Part shown: one piece after another, positions 57,342-64,000 of the stretch
Layout: each line of letters opens with the position of its first letter
Position numbering within the stretch: the first letter of the stretch is position 1
Origin: a virus
Virus record (IMG/VR): IMGVR_UViG_3300035659_000004
Span: 36,139 to 100,138 of that record
DNA length: 64,000 bases
Reading direction: 5' to 3' (one strand)
The notes under the pieces: generated by a model
Database searches by the model: none
What the model saw: the letters and a program-made list of their open reading frames with translations, nothing else
Told to the model about the DNA's origin: nothing
Made by a program: the position numbers and the translations under genes

Positions 57342-57707
57342 ATGAAATGGCGCCCAACAAAAGTAGAAAAACAAATCAAGTGGATAAAGGATGTGTACAC
57401 CCCTAGGACGCAGGCGATTTCTCCTTCCACTATCCTATCAATAATTGAACCGTTCGGGGGGAAACCCCACCCGCGCTTTCGGCAGTTCTGGTACTTCGAC
57501 ACGATGGAGTTGCGCGTCTTCTGGAAAGAATATCTGGAAGAGGAATTTGAAATTCTCATCCAACAAGACGCGACGGGATTGATGCGCATCGCAGAGGGCA
57601 TGGTGCTTATCGGACACCTCGTAAGAAATCCTGGAAAGAATAATCCCCTAACCGTGAGGCTCAACGCGCTGATTAAAAAAGAGAAGAGAAAGGGGAGACG
57701 GCGTTGA
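57342..57707 (+). CDS. Hypothetical protein
   Basis: GGGAG SD; 121 aa. Confidence 0.5.
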   Translation: MKWRPTKVEKQIKWIKDVYTPRTQAISPSTILSIIEPFGGKPHPRFRQFWYFDTMELRVFWKEYLEEEFEILIQQDATGLMRIAEGMVLIGHLVRNPGKNNPLTVRLNALIKKEKRKGRRR

Positions 57708-57814
57708 GGGGGAAGGCTATAATTAAAAAGAACTGAAAGGAGCTCACATGTCTGACATCGTCCTCCTTTTAATCATCATCATTCTCATCCTGCTTTTTCG
57801 CTAAGGGGTATTGA

Positions 57815-58213
57815 ATGCGAGCGCGTATGTGCCACAAGTGTTCGTCGGATATTACTGAAAAATTTCAAGCAACTGAGTATTGCCCAACGTGTTGGGAGAA
57901 GATATTGGGAGATATTAGTTCCAACAATTACCCCTGCAGCGACCATTCCTGTGTCTTCACGCACCCCGGAGGCATGGGGACCAATGGCGGCTGCCACTGC
58001 ATGGAGACCTTTCCTATACCTAGGAAGATACGGAGACTATTGGAACGCGAGATACGAATCTCGAATGTGCGAGCAAAACAGAACGGCAAAAAAGAAGTGC
58101 TTCGATGGTTTGAACGTGCTATTAACGATAAGATTTGGCGTGACGGGGAGAGCAGCGGGACCATTGAGAAACAACTGAGATACATCCTGGAAAAAATGAG
58201 GTTTGAGCTATGA
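57815..58213 (+). CDS. Cys-rich hypothetical protein
   Basis: CHKC..CPTC; GMGTNGGCHC. Confidence 0.55.
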   Translation: MRARMCHKCSSDITEKFQATEYCPTCWEKILGDISSNNYPCSDHSCVFTHPGGMGTNGGCHCMETFPIPRKIRRLLEREIRISNVRAKQNGKKEVLRWFERAINDKIWRDGESSGTIEKQLRYILEKMRFEL

Positions 58214-58722
58214 GTGAAAACGATATCAGGGGATGGGGTTGGAGAGATGCTGATTCTAAAGAGCATGGGCCTTTTTCGAGTCGGGAAGAAGCTCTCTTCG
58301 ATATTGCTGAATACTTCGAGGAGTCTGGCCCCAATCACCGTGTCGAGGTGGGAAGGGTGCGCGTCCTCGAGGCCAAAGATTTTATACGCGTCGATATCGA
58401 CAACCTCTTGGAAGAGGCTGACGATAATGCTTTCGACGTGTACGGATGGGATGAGAGCCGCCTCTTCGACTTTGCGAATATGGAGACGGTGGGGATAGCT
58501 GTTAATGAACTAAAGGATTTCGTCGAGGCGTGGGTCGAAAAGTATCTTACAAACATGACGGGCTTCTGGGTGCTCGACGACGAGGAAGAAGTCCTCGTAC
58601 AGGGGAAAGGGGGCGACGCAGAAGTTGAAGAGGAGTGGTTTTGCGACGAGCCCGGAAGCAAAGAAGGGGCGGATGAAAAAGCCGATGAAGGGGAAGACGC
58701 GGAAAAGAAAGAAGACGACTAG
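58210..58722 (+). CDS. Acidic hypothetical protein
   Basis: HGPFSSREEAL; D/E-rich. Confidence 0.6.
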   Translation: MSENDIRGWGWRDADSKEHGPFSSREEALFDIAEYFEESGPNHRVEVGRVRVLEAKDFIRVDIDNLLEEADDNAFDVYGWDESRLFDFANMETVGIAVNELKDFVEAWVEKYLTNMTGFWVLDDEEEVLVQGKGGDAEVEEEWFCDEPGSKEGADEKADEGEDAEKKEDD

Positions 58723-58745
58723 GGTTTTTCGGCCAGTGGCCTAAC

Positions 58746-59210
58746 TCAGAGGGTTGAGTGCCAGAAGGTCATCAATTCCTCATAAACAGTTCGCGTCAAT
58801 AATACATAGTAGCTACCAGCACTTCTCGTTCGAATCTCTATGAGATTCACCCAATCTACACTTTCATCCTGTTTGTTTGCAGCCTTAACGGCGTTGTCCA
58901 TTACCGCGAGTGCCAAATTACATGGAGCAATTCCGCCTATGCTGATAACTTCTTTAACAGGTACATACACTGGAGACCCGACGGGCAGATGTAGCTCGAT
59001 TGTTTTGGGATACAGTTCTTTTTCACCATCCTCTGGTGGATAGATGAGGTAGATAGGAAGGTTCAAATCTGAGAGTTCTCGCGACTTTTCAAAACCCTCC
59101 TCAATCAACTGCAGAATTCGAAGCGGTTTGAGAATGTGATTTGAGCACCCTTGGTAGATATCTTGCGCGTAGATGAGGATAGAGTCCCAGTCGATATCAC
59201 TGTACTTCAT
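58746..59210 (-). CDS. Hypothetical protein
   Basis: GAAAGGAG SD on the minus strand; 154 aa. Confidence 0.6.
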   Translation of the reverse strand: MKYSDIDWDSILIYAQDIYQGCSNHILKPLRILQLIEEGFEKSRELSDLNLPIYLIYPPEDGEKELYPKTIELHLPVGSPVYVPVKEVISIGGIAPCNLALAVMDNAVKAANKQDESVDWVNLIEIRTRSAGSYYVLLTRTVYEELMTFWHSTL

Positions 59211-59304
59211 GTTGCTGCTCCTTTCGTGGTGGTGGTTGAACAGCGAGAGGATAATAGGGGATATTAGGGGTGGATGTCAACAGCTAATATGTTATGGTTT
59301 TTAT

Positions 59305-59398
59305 GAGCGCCCCGTGCTCTCCTTGGCCGACTGGAAGGCAAAAATCGTGCACGTTGTAAATCACAGTTCGAATCTGTGAGGAGAGTGCGGGGGCGCTC
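59305..59398 (+). ncRNA. tRNA-like RNA with aberrant anticodon arm and extended acceptor helix
   Basis: CTCTCCT/AGGAGAG acceptor, D-arm GCC-GACTGGAA-GGC, T-arm CACAG-TTCGAAT-CTGTG; no CCA; T-run after. Confidence 0.65.
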
Positions 59399-59423
59399 TT
59401 CTTTTGATGTCAGATTCTCCTCG

Positions 59424-59453
59424 TCAAAAACGTCTAGGTATTTTTGGTAAAAG
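59424..59453 (+). promoter_or_regulatory. Phage-specific promoter
   Basis: TCAAAA-N16-GGTAAAAG. Confidence 0.55.
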
Positions 59454-59458
59454 AATAT

Positions 59459-59712
59459 GAGGAGAAATCATCGAGTTGGAGAGCAGCCGCTATTGGTGGC
59501 GGCGCGCTACCTCCGACCCGTGTCCCTTCTAGGGGCAAGGGGAATCACCACTATTGGCCACGCACTTGGCCAGGTGGAGGGATGACGAAGGAACAAGTCC
59601 CCGCCTCCAGTGGAGAGGCAAAGGGGCGGTAGCCCGCGGGCGAAAGGTTCCATGTGCATCTTTTCTAAGAGGTTAACCGCACAACTCTACCTCTTCAACC
59701 CAAAGAGTGTGC
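59459..59712 (+). ncRNA. Candidate structured RNA / long leader ending in an H-type pseudoknot
   Basis: Nested helices described in findings; ends just upstream of the AGGAG SD. Confidence 0.5.
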
Positions 59713-59728
59713 AATGTAGGAGAGAACA

Positions 59729-60553
59729 ATGCCTAAGTACATCATCACGCACCCTGGTCAGGCTCATCGAGACGAGTTCTTGTCGATTGCGATAGCGTTC
59801 CAAGCGATTGGCCCGCTGCAGGTCTACCGCCGAGAACCCACTGAAGAAGAGCTCGAAGACCCCAACATCTTGGTGTTGGACGTGGGGGGGAGGCACGAAC
59901 CCCGAAAGATGAATTTTGACCACCATCAGCGTGGTCGGAGTGAGACGCCCGAGTGCGCACTCTCTTTGTTCGCACGGTTTCTCGGGCTTGAAGAAGTCCT
60001 CGAGTTCCGTAAATGGTACCGACCCACTATCCTGATGGATGTGCTCGGGCCGTTCGCTACCGCCAAGGAGCTCGGCCTGCCTCGGTTCCCCTTCGAGTTG
60101 AGTGGCCCCATCGAGGGGCAAATCATAGAGGAATTCGAAAAGGCGGAGGTCATAGAAGTCGGGTCTCTTATGTCTAATTTGCTGTGCATGATTGGAGATG
60201 GGATGGTCACCGCGGCTCGTGAGTACGCTGCGAAAGTGGCGGTACTCTCCGAGATGGTCAAGGTCGTCGAGATCCACGGGCTAAACGCCTTGGTGTTCGA
60301 GACTTCTGATACCGAGGGCACACAGGACCTCAGGGATAAGAAGTACCCGGACGCAGCGGTGGCCCTGTCCTGGGACGACCGCGGCGCTGGCTGGTCGTTG
60401 TACCGCTTCAACGACCATCCCCGTGTCGACTTCTCCGTCCTCGAGGGAGACCCTGTGGTAGCGTTTGCCCACAAGGGCGGCTTCATTGCAAAGACGCGTG
60501 AGCGCCTTGAGCTCAATGAAGTCCTAGGCTTGGTGGCGCGGGCCATTAGTTAG
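59729..60553 (+). CDS. MYG1 (UPF0160) family metal-dependent exonuclease/hydrolase
   Basis: ITHPGQAHRDE, VLDVGG, FDHHQ, FAHKGGFIA. Confidence 0.85.
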   Translation: MPKYIITHPGQAHRDEFLSIAIAFQAIGPLQVYRREPTEEELEDPNILVLDVGGRHEPRKMNFDHHQRGRSETPECALSLFARFLGLEEVLEFRKWYRPTILMDVLGPFATAKELGLPRFPFELSGPIEGQIIEEFEKAEVIEVGSLMSNLLCMIGDGMVTAAREYAAKVAVLSEMVKVVEIHGLNALVFETSDTEGTQDLRDKKYPDAAVALSWDDRGAGWSLYRFNDHPRVDFSVLEGDPVVAFAHKGGFIAKTRERLELNEVLGLVARAIS

Positions 60554-60574
60554 TTCCTGCTCCTCGGGTAGGAG

Positions 60575-60610
60575 GGGAGAAGAAGCGAGCATTGAAGCTT
60601 CTTCTCTTTT
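60575..60610 (+). terminator. Intrinsic terminator
   Basis: GAGAAGAAGC / GCTTCTTCTC then TTTT. Confidence 0.7.
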
Positions 60611-60638
60611 GCTGCGACGTAATTCAGGGGTTCTTTTT

Positions 60639-60689
60639 GGTACAAGAAAGTAAGAGGAAACAACCGCGGTGCTGAGCGCCGCAGAAGGG
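60639..60689 (+). promoter_or_regulatory. Phage-specific promoter plus 31 bp leader repeat, copy 1
   Basis: GGTACAAG; AACAACCGCGGTGCTGAGCGCCGCAGAAGGG. Confidence 0.7.
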
Positions 60690-60697
60690 GGATTACT

Positions 60698-61051
60698 ATG
60701 AAAATAGTAACTCTGAATTTTGAGAGGCTTATTCCGATGTACGGCAACCGCGACCCAAAAACGGGTTGGTTGTCGTCCGACCCGACGGGAATGGACTGTG
60801 AGGTCGACACGGCCTACCGCCACACTTGGGTGGTAGAGGACCGTGGAACGGCAGTGCGCCGCCGCGTGGCGGTCGTTCGGAGGTACACCGTCCTCTTGAC
60901 GGGGGAACGATGGTACGAACGGGGGAAATACACCACCTGGGAAGCGGCCCCGGGTGTGAATACGGACATTTGCGTCTACTGCGGCTACGACAATGGGCCG
61001 CAGGGAGAGGGGCGACAGGGATGGGACTGTGGGATGTGTGGGGGGAATTAA
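60698..61051 (+). CDS. Hypothetical protein with C-terminal Zn ribbon
   Basis: CVYCG..GWDCGMCG. Confidence 0.55.
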   Translation: MKIVTLNFERLIPMYGNRDPKTGWLSSDPTGMDCEVDTAYRHTWVVEDRGTAVRRRVAVVRRYTVLLTGERWYERGKYTTWEAAPGVNTDICVYCGYDNGPQGEGRQGWDCGMCGGN

Positions 61052-61092
61052 TGTGATGCAAACGCGCCTGCGGGCGCAGAACGGAGCGAACC

Positions 61093-61662
61093 ATGTTTGA
61101 GTATCCTAAGGTCTTCAAGCGGAGGGGTGACCCTCTCCGCGGCACGGGGGTGGAAGCCCCGGTGCTGGCCCTGGCCATGCAAGTGGCCTGCGCTCTCGAG
61201 GAGTGCCTCCGAGGGGAGGGTTCTCTCCAGGCTCAAAAGGCTGCAGAAGCTATCGAGCTCCTGCGGCCGACGGGCCGGCTCGGCGCGTATCTCCTCGAGC
61301 GCGCCCGAGAGTTCGACGTCGAGGAACTTGTCCACCCGGACGAGTTCCCCCGCATCACCTGGATATTGCGTATCCGGGTGGTGCTCGAAGAGCTCAGAGT
61401 CGGGTGCCAGGCACTTGACGCAGAGCTCGCCTCCGCGGAAGGGGCAGTCCTGGCCCTGCCCGCGGATACGTTCTATGCGACCACCGGGGGAGTCGCCCGC
61501 AAGGGTACCTGGTGGTCATCCCGGTTCGACCTCGACGTTGACCTCCCGGAGGAGGACATCGTTGAGGCCCTCCAATGGCGCGAGTGCGCCACGGGTTGTC
61601 CCATCTGTGGGGACACTCGCGAGGGAGAGGGGTGGGAGTGTCCGGGATGTGGAACAATATGA
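61093..61662 (+). CDS. Hypothetical protein with C-terminal Zn ribbon
   Basis: CPICG..GWECPGCG. Confidence 0.55.
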   Translation: MFEYPKVFKRRGDPLRGTGVEAPVLALAMQVACALEECLRGEGSLQAQKAAEAIELLRPTGRLGAYLLERAREFDVEELVHPDEFPRITWILRIRVVLEELRVGCQALDAELASAEGAVLALPADTFYATTGGVARKGTWWSSRFDLDVDLPEEDIVEALQWRECATGCPICGDTREGEGWECPGCGTI

Positions 61663-61668
61663 ACGCAA

Positions 61669-61716
61669 CCCCCGCACCGTACACAATGCCGTGTATGCGT
61701 GCGGGGCTTTTCTTTT
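61669..61716 (+). terminator. Intrinsic terminator
   Basis: CCCCGCAC / GTGCGGGG long stem then T-rich tract. Confidence 0.7.
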
Positions 61717-61730
61717 GCTCCAGCGTCAAT

Positions 61731-61801
61731 TCAAATTGGAAGACTTTTTCAGGTATAAGGAAGTAACGCGAACAACCGCGGTGCTGAGCGCCGCAGAAGG
61801 G
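61731..61801 (+). promoter_or_regulatory. Phage-specific promoter plus 31 bp leader repeat, copy 2
   Basis: TCAAAT-N15-GGTATAAG; 61771-61801 identical to 60659-60689. Confidence 0.7.
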
Positions 61802-61809
61802 TAAATATC

Positions 61810-62007
61810 ATGACAAGTGCAGAGTTTGCTAGGTTCATAGACCCCCCGAGCTATCAAGAAATAGAAGCATCAATTAAACAAATAACAGAAGAATTCCGGT
61901 GGGTAAGTGCCCACGGAGTTCGGTTTAAAGTGGTGGAAAAGAATGAAAGAAATATCCTGGTTGCCGTTCTGAAAACAGGGCGGGAGATTCAGATAGGATG
62001 TTTCTGA
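61810..62007 (+). CDS. Small hypothetical protein
   Basis: 65 aa after the leader. Confidence 0.55.
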   Translation: MTSAEFARFIDPPSYQEIEASIKQITEEFRWVSAHGVRFKVVEKNERNILVAVLKTGREIQIGCF

Positions 62008-62140
62008 GGGCGCTAGCTGGTCCAGATAACCGGGGGTGTCGCCGACAAATGGGATGACGCCAGCCGCCGATTAGTTGCCCTCGCCAAGTGCCTCACTCTC
62101 ATCTAGCCCTATTCTGGGCATTTCTTTTGCTCCTAACGCA

Positions 62141-62212
62141 TCAAAATCCTCCATCTTTTCAGGTACATAGAGATGAGACAGAACAACCGTGGTCCTGAAG
62201 GCCACAGAATGG
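62141..62212 (+). promoter_or_regulatory. Phage-specific promoter plus covarying leader hairpin
   Basis: TCAAAA-N15-GGTACATA; AACAACC-GTGGTC-CTGAA-GGCCAC-AGAATGG. Confidence 0.65.
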
Positions 62213-62223
62213 AAGACATAAAA

Positions 62224-62592
62224 ATGAGAACTCTAATTTACAACGTCACAACCCCCAACACCCTCAGCCGTGAAGGGTACGTCGTGGCCGTCTCGACGAT
62301 GCGTCACGGCTATTGGTGCAAGCACACCAGTACGGGCATTATCCAGCTGGCCCACCTCTCAGTCGGCGACATGTTCTTCGACGAGAGCAACAGCCGCATC
62401 GTGAAGATTTGTATGAACGGCATTCGGGTCTCGAAGACGGGGCGAGTACTACGATACGAAATCGATGTTGAAGACTGGATCAAGCCAACGACGACGTGGG
62501 AAGAAGTTATGAAGGTGGCGGAGGGAGCAGGGAAGCGTTGCCTCAAATTGCAGGAGCAACTGACAAACAAAAAAACATTTTTCGCACTTTAA
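62224..62592 (+). CDS. Hypothetical protein
   Basis: Start placed downstream of the leader element. Confidence 0.5.
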   Translation: MRTLIYNVTTPNTLSREGYVVAVSTMRHGYWCKHTSTGIIQLAHLSVGDMFFDESNSRIVKICMNGIRVSKTGRVLRYEIDVEDWIKPTTTWEEVMKVAEGAGKRCLKLQEQLTNKKTFFAL

Positions 62593-62664
62593 TGTTTACA
62601 AATCTGTGAACATGCCTCAAATATGTAGATAGAGGACTTGCGAAAAAAGCAAGGAGAAAAAATC

Positions 62665-62847
62665 ATGAGCCAAGTAATACTAGCATCGCCCGGTCGGAAG
62701 ACGCGCGGTGTCTTCCATACGCGAGAGGACGCCCGCGAGTTCCAGAACGAGAGACCGGACTGGACTGAAGACGTTCCGAGGTGCAAAAAGTGTGGCTTGG
62801 AGCTAGTTGTTACCGACGGTCTGCCACATAAATGTCCGCATTTCTAG
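62665..62847 (+). CDS. Small Zn-binding protein
   Basis: AAGGAG SD; CKKCG..HKC. Confidence 0.5.
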   Translation: MSQVILASPGRKTRGVFHTREDAREFQNERPDWTEDVPRCKKCGLELVVTDGLPHKCPHF

Positions 62848-62960
62848 CGTTTACGCTCCACCCCACGCGCGAACGTAACTAGGCGCTACCATCCTAACGC
62901 TGGGGTGGAGCTCTCCTCTTTTCTAAGCCTGCCTTTCATCCCACATTAGGAGTCATAAAA

Positions 62961-63659
62961 ATGAAAATACGCCACGAAACTATAGAAGCTAAGCTGAAGC
63001 GCTTCTCAAAGCTCGACCCCGATACGGGGTGTCTCATTTGGACTGGGCCGAAGGGCGGAGGGTATGGCAGGCTATGGATACCAGCAAAAGGGAGGAGAAG
63101 AGCACATGTACTGGCGTGGGAATGTGTCCACGGTCCACGGCCTGAAGGATGTGAAATACGCCATACGTGCAGGAATAAACTCTGCATTAACGTCCTTCAT
63201 CTGGTTCTATCTAAGGTTTCAGCGACAGAAGACGATATCGAGTGGCAACTAGAACGCCTAAAAAGAAGAATAATTGTTAATCCTCGTACGGGTTGTTGGG
63301 AATGGCAAGGTTCTAAGACTTCTAGAGGATACGGACGCTTAAAAATCGGAAAGCACCTCGTTTATGTGCATCGTCTGATGTGGGAATGTGTGTATGGTGA
63401 CACTCAAGGGCTTCAGGTTCTTCATAAATATGATAATCCAAGTTGCGTACGCCCTAATCATTTATTCCTCGGAACACATGCGGAGAATATGCAGGATAAA
63501 GCACGCAAAAATCGGTCAGGTTTTAAATTAAATATAAAGGCCGTTAGAGATGTCCGCGTAAGTAAACTCTCTCCGAAAGAACTAGCCGAAAAGTACGGAG
63601 TATCTATTAAAACTATCTATCGTATTTTAAACCGCAGCATATGGAAACACGTCGAATAA
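62961..63659 (+). CDS. Tandem HNH homing endonuclease with C-terminal HTH
   Basis: Two GC..W.G..GYG..H...W..H...N..C....HL units; ELAEKYGVSIKTIYRI. Confidence 0.85.
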   Translation: MKIRHETIEAKLKRFSKLDPDTGCLIWTGPKGGGYGRLWIPAKGRRRAHVLAWECVHGPRPEGCEIRHTCRNKLCINVLHLVLSKVSATEDDIEWQLERLKRRIIVNPRTGCWEWQGSKTSRGYGRLKIGKHLVYVHRLMWECVYGDTQGLQVLHKYDNPSCVRPNHLFLGTHAENMQDKARKNRSGFKLNIKAVRDVRVSKLSPKELAEKYGVSIKTIYRILNRSIWKHVE

Positions 63660-63719
63660 TTTTTTAGAATATTGTTCTCCCACTCGCGGAAAAATACCGC
63701 CGCGAGTACGGGGGACACT

Positions 63720-63744
63720 AAAGAGCCTTTATGGCTCTTTTTTT
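63720..63744 (+). terminator. Intrinsic terminator
   Basis: AAAGAGCC-TTTAT-GGCTCTTT then TTTT. Confidence 0.7.
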
Positions 63745-63836
63745 GGTTCTATCCCTCCTAAAAGAATCTCGATAAAAGTGGTAAAAGATGACGGTGTAGT
63801 TTTGCACCTATAAATCTAGATAAAGGAGAAAGGAAA

Positions 63837-64000
63837 ATGCCTAAGCCTATCCGTGTAAACATTAAACTCAAAAATAATATTTTAATGACTCTTAGAGAAG
63901 CTGCAGGTCTATCGACCGTACAGGTAGCTGAAAAAGCACAGATGCCTTATTACGCGTACATAGCATTAGAAAGTCTGTCGAAAAGTCCTTTAAGGAAAGA
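63837..64000 (+). CDS. XRE-like HTH protein, 5' part
   Basis: After CTAAAA-N16-GGTAAAAG and SD; LREAAGLSTVQVAEKA..YIALE; runs off the window. Confidence 0.55.
   Translation, partial: MPKPIRVNIKLKNNILMTLREAAGLSTVQVAEKAQMPYYAYIALESLSKSPLRK

Noticed and set aside
59317-59386. Functional tRNA-Ala(TGC) or tRNA-His(GTG)
   Set aside because: Anticodon stem mismatched, loop non-canonical, no CCA; kept only as tRNA-like
59459-59665. Cobalamin riboswitch, hammerhead ribozyme or SRP RNA
   Set aside because: Only fragments (GGGAA, GAAA, CAGG) match; the core consensus motifs are absent
1-64000. CRISPR array
   Set aside because: No regularly spaced repeat-spacer series; the 31 bp repeats are about 1.1 kb apart and precede genes
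1-64000. Stop-codon reassignment
   Set aside because: Genes are long and tightly packed in the standard code, and TAA, TAG and TGA all end genes

Overview
A 64 kb segment of a large, contractile-tailed (myovirus-like) bacteriophage read in the standard bacterial code. 1-0.8 kb: 5' part of an SNF2-type helicase (minus strand). 0.9-39 kb: a plus-strand virion block with portal, a phage multisubunit RNA polymerase (beta fused to beta'-N and carrying an intein; beta'-C separate) whose beta' halves are split by a LigD-like primase-polymerase/3'-phosphoesterase gene, many Gly-rich or K-x-A-rich putative internal head proteins, prohead protease, scaffold candidates, major capsid, neck, sheath, tube, spike and an ATP-grasp polyprotein. 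42-64 kb: small accessory genes, many in repeated terminator / YCAAAW-N15-GGTAHAAG promoter / covarying hairpin / SD cassettes, plus several strongly folded non-coding RNA candidates (a ~190 nt five-way junction, a tRNA mimic with a ~19 bp acceptor helix, and a ~250 nt leader ending in a pseudoknot before a MYG1-family nuclease) and a double-HNH gene. The best candidate for an undescribed system is a shared G-Y-x-x-A-L-x-x-[LM]-G tag plus K-x-A motifs that may direct loading and processing of virion cargo, possibly including the RNAP, the LigD-like enzyme and the ATP-grasp ligase. All calls come from reading motifs by eye; no searches or folding programs were run.
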